DNA of 64,000 nucleotides, taken from a bacterium (GTDB lineage Bacteria > JADJOY01). Location: positions 117,425 to 181,424 of the forward strand of contig JAXLQJ010000011.1 in NCBI GenBank assembly GCA_046331705.1, in the 5' to 3' direction. The position numbers and the translations under genes were made by a program. Of this stretch, positions 46,421-55,358 are shown piece after piece. The first letter of the stretch is position 1. Each line of letters opens with the position of its first letter. Under the pieces are notes generated by a model. The model was not told the DNA's origin. It did not search any database and saw nothing but the letters and a program-made list of their open reading frames with translations.

Positions 46421-47653
46421 TCAAAGTCCCAGGGAGGTGAGTGCGGAATCGAGGGTGGTGAGCATCTCGCCGATCTCCGCTTCCGTCACGATGAGCGGCG
46501 GCAGGAAGCGCAAGGTGCGCCCTTGCACCGCGTTGACGAGCACGCCGCGCTCGCGGCACGCGTCGACGATGGGGGCGGCCTCGACCGCGAGGTCGGCGCC
46601 CCAGATGAGCCCCATTCCGCGCACCTCGCGGATGACGTCGTGCTTGGCGGCGAGGGCACGCAGCCCGTCGCCGAGCACGACCTCCAGCGCCAGCGCCCGC
46701 TCGGGTAGCTGCTCCGCGACGAGCGTCTCGCAGGTCGCGAGGGCGGCGGCGCACGCCACCGGATTGCCCCCGAAGGTCGAGCCGTGGGAGCCCTTGGTGA
46801 AGTGCTGCGCCACTGCCTCGGTGGCGAGGGTGGCGCCGATCGGCAGGCCGGAGCCGAGCGATTTCGCGAGCGTCATCACGTCCGGCGTCACGTCGAAGCG
46901 CTGGTACGCCCACAGCGCGCCGGCGCGGCCGAGACCGCTTTGCACCTCGTCGAAGATGAGCGTGAGCCCCGCGTCGTCCGCGAGCTGTCGGACCGCCGCC
47001 AGATAGCCGCGCGGTGGGATGTTCACGCCGCCTTCGCCCTGGATCGGCTCGATCAGGATCGCGGCGGTGGTGGGGCCGATGGCGAGCGCCAGCATGTCGA
47101 GATCGCCGTAGGGCACGTGGACGAAGCCGGGCACGAGCGGCTCGAAGCCGGCGTGGACCTTTTCCTGCCCGGTGGCGGTTAGCGTGGCGAACGTGCGGCC
47201 GTGGAAGCTGTTGGTGGCGGTCACGACCTCGAAGCGTCCCGGACCGTGGAGATCGTTCGAGCGCTTCCGCGCCAGCTTGAGCGCGGCCTCGTTGGCCTCG
47301 GCGCCGCTGTTCGAGAAGAACACACGGTCGGCGAACGAATGCTCGGTGAGCCACTGGGCGAGCTGCGCTTGCGGCACGGTGTGGTAGAGGTTCGACGCGT
47401 GCCACAGCTGATCGAGCTGTCGCTTCGCGGCCGCGACCGGCTTCGGCGGGCAATGCCCGAGGTTCGCGACGGAGATGCCCGCGACGAAGTCGAGATAGCG
47501 CTTTCCGTCGGCGTCCCAGACGTGCATGCCCGCGCCGCGCACGATCACCAGCGGCGAGCGCGCGTAGTTGGCGGTGGTGTGCGCCGCCATCAGCGAGCGC
47601 ACCTCGTCCGAGCTCGGAACGGGTGGCGATGGGTGGGGGAGATCGTGGCTCAC
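46421..47653 (-). CDS. argD: Acetylornithine aminotransferase
   Basis: 'FFSNSGAEANEAALKLARK', 'LIFDEVQSGLGRAG', 'DVMTLAKSLGSGLPIGA' (PLP Lys) and 'GSTFGGNP'. The GTG at 47653 overlaps the argB stop (GTGA). Confidence 0.93.
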   Translation of the reverse strand: MSHDLPHPSPPVPSSDEVRSLMAAHTTANYARSPLVIVRGAGMHVWDADGKRYLDFVAGISVANLGHCPPKPVAAAKRQLDQLWHASNLYHTVPQAQLAQWLTEHSFADRVFFSNSGAEANEAALKLARKRSNDLHGPGRFEVVTATNSFHGRTFATLTATGQEKVHAGFEPLVPGFVHVPYGDLDMLALAIGPTTAAILIEPIQGEGGVNIPPRGYLAAVRQLADDAGLTLIFDEVQSGLGRAGALWAYQRFDVTPDVMTLAKSLGSGLPIGATLATEAVAQHFTKGSHGSTFGGNPVACAAALATCETLVAEQLPERALALEVVLGDGLRALAAKHDVIREVRGMGLIWGADLAVEAAPIVDACRERGVLVNAVQGRTLRFLPPLIVTEAEIGEMLTTLDSALTSLGL

Positions 47654-48507
47654 GGCGTGATCAGCGTCCCGATCCCACGGTCGGTGAAGATCTCGAGGAG
47701 CACGGCGTGCGGCACGCGACCGTCGATCACGTGGGCCTGGTGCACGCCGTCGACGAGCGCCGCGAGGAGCTTGGGGATCATGCCGCCCTTGGCGGTGCCC
47801 GCCGCGATGAGTGCGCGCGCCTCGTCGGCGGTGAGGCTCTGGAGCTTCTTGCCCTCGGCGTCGCGCACGCCTTCGACGTCGGTGATGAGCATCAGCTTCT
47901 CGGCGCGCAGTGCCCGCGCCAGCGCGCTGGCGAAGGTGTCCGCGTTCAAGTTGAGCGTCTGCCCGTCCTCGCCACCCGCGACCGGCGCGATCACCGGGAT
48001 GAAGCCGGCCTCGTCGAGGTGATCGATCACCCGCGGATCGACCGACACCACCTCGCCCACCTGGCCCATGTCGCGCGGTCCCGCCGCGGTCTGCTTGGGC
48101 GGGGCCTTGCGGGCGCGCACCAGACCGCCGTCCTTGCCCGAGAGCCCGACGGCGCGGCCGCCCACGGATTGGATCTTCTGGACGATGGTGCGGTTCACGT
48201 GCCCGACCAGCACCATCTCCACGACTTCCATGGCCTCGGGACTCGTGACGCGGATGCCGTCCACGAACTCCGACGGGATGGCCAGCTTCGCGAGCCAGTC
48301 GTTGATCTGCGGGCCGCCGCCGTGGACCACCACCGGGCGGATGCCGACGTGCTGGAGCAGTACCAAGTCCTGGACGAAGGCGTCCTTCAGCTCGGCGTGC
48401 ACCATCGCCGCGCCGCCGTACTTGATGACGACGGTCTTGCCGGTGAAGCGCTGGATGTAGGGCAGCGCCTCGATGAGGACGTGCGCCCGTTCGATGAGTC
48501 GTTCCAT
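47650..48507 (-). CDS. argB: Acetylglutamate kinase
   Basis: 'TVVIKYGGAAM', 'VVVHGGGPQI', 'LNLNADTFA' and 'TDVEGV'. Confidence 0.95.
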   Translation of the reverse strand: MERLIERAHVLIEALPYIQRFTGKTVVIKYGGAAMVHAELKDAFVQDLVLLQHVGIRPVVVHGGGPQINDWLAKLAIPSEFVDGIRVTSPEAMEVVEMVLVGHVNRTIVQKIQSVGGRAVGLSGKDGGLVRARKAPPKQTAAGPRDMGQVGEVVSVDPRVIDHLDEAGFIPVIAPVAGGEDGQTLNLNADTFASALARALRAEKLMLITDVEGVRDAEGKKLQSLTADEARALIAAGTAKGGMIPKLLAALVDGVHQAHVIDGRVPHAVLLEIFTDRGIGTLITP

Positions 48508-48550
48508 GGATCGCGTCCGAGGTCGGTGAGGGACGAGCGTCGCGAGACGC

Positions 48551-49891
48551 TCACAAGATGTACCGGCTCAGGTCCGTGTCCTCGACGATGTCCTTGAGGC
48601 GCTCGCGCACCAGCGCGGCGTCGACACGCACGGTGTCGCCCTTGCGCTCGGGGGCCTCGAACGAGACCTCCTCGAGCAGCCGCTCGATCACCGTGTGCAG
48701 CCGCCGCGCGCCGATGTTCTCGGTCTCCTCGTTGACGCGCGCGGCGGTCTCCGCGATGGCACGGATCCCGTCCTCGGCGAACTCGAGGTTCACCTCCTCG
48801 GTGGCGAGCAGCTCGGCGGCATGGCGAATCGGCGAGGCTTCCGACTCGGTCAGGATCTTCACGAACTCGTCCACGCCCAGGTCGTCGAGCTCGACGCGGA
48901 TCGGCAATCGCCCCTGCAGCTCGGGGATCAGGTCCGAGGGCTTGGAGATGTGGAAGGCCCCGGCGGCGATGAACAAGATGTGGTCCGTTCGCACCAAGCC
49001 GTAGCGGGTGTTGACCGTCGAGCCTTCCAGGATCGGCAGCAGGTCGCGTTGCACGCCCTCGCGCGACACGTCCGGCCCCACGTGGCCCTCGCTGCTGCCG
49101 GCGACCTTGTCGAGCTCGTCGAGGAACACGATCCCCGATTGCTCGACGCGCTGCACGGCGATGCGCTTCACCGCCTCGGCGTCCACCAGCCGCCCGGCTT
49201 CTTCCTCGAGGAGCTGCTGGCGCGCCTCGGCGACGCTGACCAGGCGCCGCTCGGTGCGCTTGGGGAAGAGGTTCCCGAGGACGTTCTGCATCTGAACGTC
49301 CATCTCTTCCATGCCCTGCGGGGTCATGATCTCGACCTTGGGGAACGCGCGCACCGGCGTCTCGATCTCGACCGTGCGCTCGTCGAGCGCCCCGTCGCGC
49401 AACAGCCTGCGCAACCGATCGCGGGTGGTTTCCTTCTCCCCCGGCTCCGCGGTGCGCGGCGGTCCCGGCAGCAGCAGGTCGAGAAGCCTGTCCTCGACGC
49501 GCTCGGCGGCCTTGCCGCGGACCTTCTCTTCTTCCTCGGCGCGCACCTGATTCACCGCCTGGTGGACCAGGTCGCGGATCATCGACTCGACGTCGCGGCC
49601 GACGTAGCCGACCTCGGTGAACTTGGTGGCTTCGACCTTGAGAAACGGCGCCTTCACGAGGCGCGCGATGCGGCGGGCGATCTCCGTCTTGCCCACGCCG
49701 GTCGGGCCGATCATCAGGATGTTCTTGGGCAGGATGTCCTGGCCGACCTCGGACGGAAGCTGGGCGCGCCGCCAGCGATCGCGCAAGGCGATCGCGACCG
49801 CGCGCTTCGCCGCGGCTTGGCCGACGATGTACTTGTCGAGCTCGGCGACGATCCGCCGCGGCGTGAGGTCGTGTTCGAGATCCATGTCCAT
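48551..49891 (-). CDS. hslU: ATP-dependent protease ATPase subunit HslU
   Basis: '[17 protein letters not shown]', Walker A '[13 protein letters not shown]', '[10 protein letters not shown]' and '[11 protein letters not shown]'. Confidence 0.97.
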   Translation of the reverse strand: MDMDLEHDLTPRRIVAELDKYIVGQAAAKRAVAIALRDRWRRAQLPSEVGQDILPKNILMIGPTGVGKTEIARRIARLVKAPFLKVEATKFTEVGYVGRDVESMIRDLVHQAVNQVRAEEEEKVRGKAAERVEDRLLDLLLPGPPRTAEPGEKETTRDRLRRLLRDGALDERTVEIETPVRAFPKVEIMTPQGMEEMDVQMQNVLGNLFPKRTERRLVSVAEARQQLLEEEAGRLVDAEAVKRIAVQRVEQSGIVFLDELDKVAGSSEGHVGPDVSREGVQRDLLPILEGSTVNTRYGLVRTDHILFIAAGAFHISKPSDLIPELQGRLPIRVELDDLGVDEFVKILTESEASPIRHAAELLATEEVNLEFAEDGIRAIAETAARVNEETENIGARRLHTVIERLLEEVSFEAPERKGDTVRVDAALVRERLKDIVEDTDLSRYIL

Positions 49892-49907
49892 TCGCCTGGC
49901 TGGGGAA

Positions 49908-50453
49908 TCAGATCTCTTCCACGACGATCTCGTCGTTGGTGTAGAGGCAGATCTCGGAGGCGATGCGAATCGCCTCGAAGGCGATCTTGGCGGGCTCGAG
50001 CTCGGTGTGGGCGAGCATCGCGCGAGCCGCCGCGAGCGCGTACGGCGCGCCCGAGCCCACGGCCACCACGCCGTCCTCGGGCTCGATCACGTCGCCGTTG
50101 CCCGAGATGAGCAGGCAATGGTCGGGGTCCGCCACCACGATCATCGCTTCGAGCCGGCGCAGGATGCGGTCGGTCCGCCAATCCTTCGCGAGCTCGGCGG
50201 CGGCGCGCAGCAGGTTGCCGTTCACCGCGTCCAGCCGCTCCTCGAACTTGTCGAGGAGCGCGCCCGCGTCCGCGGCGGCGCCGGCGAATCCCGCCACCAC
50301 TCGGTCTCCGTAGAGGCGCCGCACCTTGCGGGCGCTGTGCTTCAGGATCGTGTCGCCGAAGGTGACCTGGCCGTCGCCGGCCATGGCGCCTTTGTCGCCC
50401 CGCCGGACCGCCACGATCGTGGTGCTGCGCCAGCGCGCTCGTTGCGATCGCAT
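49908..50453 (-). CDS. hslV: ATP-dependent protease subunit HslV (N-terminal 10-residue leader before the catalytic Thr)
   Basis: '[28 protein letters not shown]', 'GFAGAAADA' and '[13 protein letters not shown]'. ATG at 50453. There is no in-frame start codon directly before 'TTIV'. Confidence 0.92.
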   Translation of the reverse strand: MRSQRARWRSTTIVAVRRGDKGAMAGDGQVTFGDTILKHSARKVRRLYGDRVVAGFAGAAADAGALLDKFEERLDAVNGNLLRAAAELAKDWRTDRILRRLEAMIVVADPDHCLLISGNGDVIEPEDGVVAVGSGAPYALAAARAMLAHTELEPAKIAFEAIRIASEICLYTNDEIVVEEI

Positions 50454-50690
50454 GGTCACCGTCCCATCCCCAGGAAAACGCCGACGAGCACCGTTCGCCG
50501 AACCCGGTGCTCGCGAGGACGCTCGTTGCGGGAAGCCGCTAGGAGTAGCACACCGCCCTCCACCCCCCAAGATTGGCCGAATCGCCGGGAGCTCGCTCGA
50601 GGGCCCTCGCGCAGATGGTCGCTCGGCTTGCGCCGCTCGTCACCCCGGGCCTACCCTGATGTCACCCTCGCGGACCTGACGGAGTGAGCG

Positions 50691-51902
50691 ATGCAAGTCC
50701 GACGGTGGTGGATTCGTTGCGCGATCGTTGCGCTCGCGGCGGCGGGCTGCAACGCGACGTCGTTCTGGGTGCCCGTCGGGAGCACCGCCGACCGGTTCGC
50801 GATCTCGGGCTTCGACCAGGATGCGTCGGGCTTCGTGGTCGTGGGTCAGAGCCGCGCCGTGCCCTCCGACTACCAGGAGCGGCTCTACAAGCTCGATGGT
50901 TCCGGCCACACGCTGTGGTTCGTGAACCTCGACGCGTTGGATCCCTGGGGGCTCGCCGACGGCAAGGTCCGGACGCTTCCCGGGGGCGGCTACCTGGTGT
51001 GCGGTCACGCCGAGGAGGGCTATCCGTCCGCCAACGAGCGGCTGGTGCTGGCCGAGCTCGACTCGACGGGCGACCCGGTGTGGACCACTCGCTTCGCCGA
51101 GAACGAGCTGTGGTCCCCCTCGTGCTCGTCCATTCACGTGACGACCGAGGGCTACGCGGCGTTCTATTGGGGCTACAGCCTGCCAACCAACGATACGAAT
51201 CCGCACCTGCTCTTGCGTACCGACGCCGCGGGTACCCCGCTCGCAACCGTCGAGCTCGAGCCCGATCTCTCCGGCGGGATGAGCGGTATCGTGACCTCCG
51301 ATGGCGGATTCGCGTACGTGAAGGACGTCGAGTCGACCCAGCCGCTGCCGTCTCCGCCCGATCACGACCCCGTGCTGGTGAAGCTCGATCCGCTCGGGCA
51401 GCCGGTATGGCAGCGGACCTACACCCGCGACCTCCTCGAAGAGCGAGCCGGGAGCATTCAGCAGACCAGCGACGGCGGATTCGTCCTGGCCGGGCAAGAC
51501 CTCCCGTACTACCCGGACCAGAACAACCAGGTTTGGGTGCGCAAGACGGACTCCGGCGGAAACGAGGAGTGGGTCAACGACGTCGCCAACGATGTCTCGT
51601 CGAAAGGCGGTTCCGCGGTCGAGAACGGCACGAGCGGTTACGTCGTGCGCGCCAACCGCAACGGCGGCACCCAGCAGGCGTTTCCCGAGCTGCTATCCCT
51701 CGACTCCGCGGGGCAGGTCCAGTCGATGACGATCTTCGGCGCCCCGAGCTGCCACGTCGACGGCTCGAGCCTGAAGCGGACCACCGACGGTGGTTTCGTG
51801 TTCCACGCCAGCGCTTATCCGCCGTCCTCGAGCTTCCCGCACTATCTGGTCAAGACCGACTCCGCGCTGACGGCCGTTCCGCCGCCAGCCGATTGCACCT
51901 GA
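50691..51902 (+). CDS. Lipoprotein with repeated 'TSDGGF'-type beta-propeller-like units
   Basis: GGAG lies 7 nt upstream of the ATG. Lipobox 'LAAAGC'. Recurring 'T(S/T)DGG(F/Y)', 'LD..G...W' and 'K.D..G' strands. Confidence 0.7.
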   Translation: MQVRRWWIRCAIVALAAAGCNATSFWVPVGSTADRFAISGFDQDASGFVVVGQSRAVPSDYQERLYKLDGSGHTLWFVNLDALDPWGLADGKVRTLPGGGYLVCGHAEEGYPSANERLVLAELDSTGDPVWTTRFAENELWSPSCSSIHVTTEGYAAFYWGYSLPTNDTNPHLLLRTDAAGTPLATVELEPDLSGGMSGIVTSDGGFAYVKDVESTQPLPSPPDHDPVLVKLDPLGQPVWQRTYTRDLLEERAGSIQQTSDGGFVLAGQDLPYYPDQNNQVWVRKTDSGGNEEWVNDVANDVSSKGGSAVENGTSGYVVRANRNGGTQQAFPELLSLDSAGQVQSMTIFGAPSCHVDGSSLKRTTDGGFVFHASAYPPSSSFPHYLVKTDSALTAVPPPADCT

Positions 51903-51953
51903 GCCCGCGCGGGGGCGCGGTTCGCGGACGATCGCCGCGCCCCTCGGTGCCGC

Positions 51954-52919
51954 TCACGACTTGCGGCGAGCCCGCGGATGCGCGGAATCGTACTCACGGG
52001 CCAGCGTGCCGAGGCCGACGTGGGTGTAGCGCTGCGTCGTGGACAAGCTCGCGTGGCCGAGCAACTCCTGGATCGAGCGCAGATCGGCGCCTCCCTCGAG
52101 GAGATGGGTGGCGAAGGTGTGGCGAAGCAGGTGAGGGTGGACGTTCTTCTGGAGATCCGCGTCGTGACGCGCAGCTTCGAGAACGCGCGCCATGCTGCGG
52201 GTTGTCAGCCGCCGGCCGCGCGCGTTGAGGAACAGCGCCTCGCGATCCGGCTCCGCCGCGGCTCCCCCTTCGGAGCGCTTCCGCATCCACTCGGCGAGCA
52301 GCGTCGCGCGTGCCTCCAGGTAGGGGCGTAGCGCCTCGGCGGTCGCGCCGCTGAGCGGCACCACGCGCTCCTTCCGACCTTTGCCGCGCACGCGGATCAG
52401 CGCGAGGTTGGGCTCGATGTCGGCGAGATCGATGCCCGAGGCCTCGGCGACGCGCAGTCCCGACCCGTAGAGCATCTCGAGGAGCAGGTGGGCGCGCCGT
52501 GCCGCGAAGCCGCCCTTCTCGGTGACGGCGATGAGCGCCTCGGTCTCCTCGAACAGGAGATGGCGCGGCGTGGTCTTCGGGATGCGCGGGGACTCGAGCA
52601 CTTCGGTGGGATCGCTCTCGATACCGCCTTCGCGACGCACGAACTGGAAGAACGTGCGAAACGCCGAGAGCTTGCGCGCCGTGGTGGTGCGCTTGCGGCC
52701 CTTCAGCCGTTGCGCGAGGTGGGCGCGCAGATCGTTGCGGGTGATCGTGGCGACGGGGATCCGGGCGGCGGGGGTCGAGCGGCTCAGCTCCAGATCCGCC
52801 GCGAGACGTTCGAGCTCGGCGCGGTACGCGCGGATGGTGTGCGCCGAGGCGTTGCGCTCGACGCGCAGGAACTCGTCGACGAAACGCTCGATCCAGTCGC
52901 AGAGGCCGATGGTCGTCAC
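51954..52919 (-). CDS. xerC: Tyrosine recombinase XerC/XerD family
   Basis: 'SAHTIRAYRAEL', 'GLRVAEASGIDLADI', 'GKGRKERVVPL' and 'HPHLLRHTFATHLLEGGADLRSIQELLGHASLSTTQRYTHV' (R-H-R-Y catalytic set). It sits in the conserved position upstream of hslVU. Confidence 0.88.
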   Translation of the reverse strand: MTTIGLCDWIERFVDEFLRVERNASAHTIRAYRAELERLAADLELSRSTPAARIPVATITRNDLRAHLAQRLKGRKRTTTARKLSAFRTFFQFVRREGGIESDPTEVLESPRIPKTTPRHLLFEETEALIAVTEKGGFAARRAHLLLEMLYGSGLRVAEASGIDLADIEPNLALIRVRGKGRKERVVPLSGATAEALRPYLEARATLLAEWMRKRSEGGAAAEPDREALFLNARGRRLTTRSMARVLEAARHDADLQKNVHPHLLRHTFATHLLEGGADLRSIQELLGHASLSTTQRYTHVGLGTLAREYDSAHPRARRKS

Positions 52920-53209
52920 GGGCGGATCTTACCCGTCGCGGGCGTCATCGCGTCGCCGTCGGATCGGCGCACGGCCCCGTAACGGGGGTCACCGAGCGCG
53001 TGGCCAGTCCGGAACGCGCGAGCACGGATCGCGTGTGCGCCGCGCATGATTTCCGCCCGTCGAGACTGGGCTCGAGCCCACCACCGCGGTGGGCGGCCGC
53101 GAACGGCACGAATCATGCCTCGTTTGCGAGCGGGTGCGGTGCGTGAGGGCTTCGTTGGGGACGCTTGCCGAGGGGGCAGGCCGCTCCCGGATCAGAGCAG
53201 CGGTAAGTT

Positions 53210-53238
53210 TTGACGCACCGTGTTGAGCATGGTTCAAT
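53210..53238 (+). promoter_or_regulatory. Candidate sigma70-type promoter for the acyl-CoA dehydrogenase gene
   Basis: TTGACG (53210-53215), 17 nt, TTCAAT (53233-53238), in the lowest-GC intergenic stretch of the window. This is consensus matching by eye only. Confidence 0.3.
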
Positions 53239-53322
53239 AACGGCTCCGCCAAGCGCGGAACTCCGTTTTTTTCAGGTGCCGACCATCCCGGCGGCAACTC
53301 GACGACGGAAAGGGGCAAGGGC

Positions 53323-55248
53323 ATGAGCACTGCGATCCAGCACAGCACCGAGGCCGAGTCCAGACAGCTTGCCGAGGACTCACGCGAGCAAGATTGGACG
53401 GGGCGCGCCTTCATTCGCGAGATGTTCCTCGGGAACTTCGAGCTGGAGGTCATCCATCCCTTCCCAATCGAGAAGGAAGAGCGTCCGGAGTTCACCAAGT
53501 TCTACGTCGCGATGCGCGACTTCCTGACCAACGAGGTGGACTCGGTCGAGATCGACGCCACCGGTGAGTATCCGCCCAAGGTCGTCGACGGGCTGCGCAA
53601 GCTCGGCGCCTTCGGCATGAAGGTGCCCAAGGAGTACGGCGGCCTCGGCTTCCACCAGGTCGAGTACAACAAGGTCATGGAGATGGTCGGCTCGGTCGAC
53701 GGCAACATCTGTGCGTTGCTCTCGGCTCACCAGTCCATCGGCGTGCCCCAGCCCCTCAAGCTCTTCGGCAGCCCCGAGCTCAAGAAGAAGTACCTGCCTC
53801 GCTGCGCCGCGGGCGCCATCTCCGCGTTCGCGTTGACCGAGCCGCACGTCGGTTCGGACCCCGCCAGCCTCTCCACCACCGCCGAGCCGACGGAAGACGG
53901 CAAGTACTTCATCCTCAACGGCGAGAAGCTCTGGTGCACGAACGGCACGCTGGCCGAGCTCTTGGTCGTGATGGCGCGCAACCCCAAGACCAAGAAGATC
54001 AGCGCCTTCATCGTCGAGACCGCCTGGGAAGGCGTGACGGTCCAGCACCGCTGCCGCTTCATGGGCCTCAAGGCGCTCGCCAACGCGGTCATCACGTTCG
54101 AGAACGTGAAGATTCCGCGCGAGAACATCATCGGCGACGAGGGGAAGGGGCTCAAGATCGCGCTCGTCACGCTCAACACCGGTCGCCTCACGCTGCCGGC
54201 GGCGAGCGCGGGCGGCGCCAAGCGCTCGCTCGAGATGCTGCGCATGTGGTGCAACGAGCGCAACCAGTGGGGCGTCCCCGTCGGCAAGCACGAGGCCATC
54301 GCCCACCAGCTCGCCGACATGGCGGCCACCACCTGGGCCATGGATTCCGTGAGCGACCTCTGCAGCCAGATGGCCGATCGCGGCGGCTACGACATCCGGC
54401 TGGAAGCGGCAGCGGCGAAGGAATGGAACACGGTTCGCGGCTGGGAGCTGATCGATCGCACCCTCCAGATCCGCGGCGGCCGCGGCTACGAGACCGAGAA
54501 GTCCCTGAAGGAGCGCGGCGAGTTCCCGGCGCCCGTCGAGCGCGTGATGCGCGATTGCCGCATCAACCTGATCTTCGAGGGCTCGAGCGAGATCATGCAC
54601 CTCTTCATGGCCCGCGAGGCGGTGGACAAGCACCTCCAGGTCGCGGGAACCATGATCAACCCCAAGTCCACCCTCGCCGACAAGGCGAAGGCGATGCCCG
54701 CCATCCTGGGCTACTACGCGAAGTGGTACCCGCCGCTCTGGCTCAAGGGATTGGCGGCGCCGTTCGCGTTCGCCGACTGGGGCCGCCTGGCGCCGCAGCT
54801 TCGCTTCGTCGAGCGTAGCTGCCGCCGTCTGGCGCGAAGCACCTTCCACGGCATGGCCATCTACCAGGCCAAGATGGAGCGCAAGCAGGCGTTCCTGTTC
54901 CGCGCCGTGGACATCGTGATGGAGCTCTTCGCGATGTCGGCGAGCGTCTCGCGTGCCCGCCAGATGCTCGATGCAAAGCACCCGGATGCCGAGAAGGCCA
55001 TCGAGCTCACCGAGCTCTTCTGCGCCAACTCTCGCCGCAAGATCGATCGCTTGTTCGAGGATCTGTGGTCGAACAACGACGCCCTCAAGAACAAGGTCGC
55101 CGCGCGCGTGCTCAAGCACGAGCACAAGTGGCTCGAGGAAGGCATCATCGACATCGGCCTCACCACCGAGCTCATCCGTACCCGCGCCATCACCGACTTC
55201 CGCAAGCAGCAGGCGGCGGAAGCTCCGCGGCTCGCGGCCGCATCCTGA
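53323..55248 (+). CDS. Large (VLCAD/ACAD9-like) acyl-CoA dehydrogenase
   Basis: 'AFALTEPHVGSDPAS', 'LNGEKLWCTNG', 'IRGGRGYETE' and 'INLIFEGSSEIM', plus a C-terminal helical extension of about 180 aa typical of long ACADs. Confidence 0.9.
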   Translation: MSTAIQHSTEAESRQLAEDSREQDWTGRAFIREMFLGNFELEVIHPFPIEKEERPEFTKFYVAMRDFLTNEVDSVEIDATGEYPPKVVDGLRKLGAFGMKVPKEYGGLGFHQVEYNKVMEMVGSVDGNICALLSAHQSIGVPQPLKLFGSPELKKKYLPRCAAGAISAFALTEPHVGSDPASLSTTAEPTEDGKYFILNGEKLWCTNGTLAELLVVMARNPKTKKISAFIVETAWEGVTVQHRCRFMGLKALANAVITFENVKIPRENIIGDEGKGLKIALVTLNTGRLTLPAASAGGAKRSLEMLRMWCNERNQWGVPVGKHEAIAHQLADMAATTWAMDSVSDLCSQMADRGGYDIRLEAAAAKEWNTVRGWELIDRTLQIRGGRGYETEKSLKERGEFPAPVERVMRDCRINLIFEGSSEIMHLFMAREAVDKHLQVAGTMINPKSTLADKAKAMPAILGYYAKWYPPLWLKGLAAPFAFADWGRLAPQLRFVERSCRRLARSTFHGMAIYQAKMERKQAFLFRAVDIVMELFAMSASVSRARQMLDAKHPDAEKAIELTELFCANSRRKIDRLFEDLWSNNDALKNKVAARVLKHEHKWLEEGIIDIGLTTELIRTRAITDFRKQQAAEAPRLAAAS

Positions 55249-55358
55249 TGCAGCAGGCCGAGCGATCGCGGATCGCGATCCCCGGTTGACGAAGCGGCCA
55301 CCCAGCGGGTGGCCGCTTCGCGCTTGAGCGCCCGTCGAGCGCGCACGAGGGCTCTCGC

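Noticed and set aside
51954-52919. A tyrosine recombinase as a marker of an integrated mobile element or genomic island.
   Set aside because: It has a full XerC/XerD-type sequence. It sits in the widely conserved xerC-hslV-hslU (codV-clpQ-clpY-like) arrangement. I saw no adjacent tRNA, att-like direct repeats, phage genes or transposase genes.
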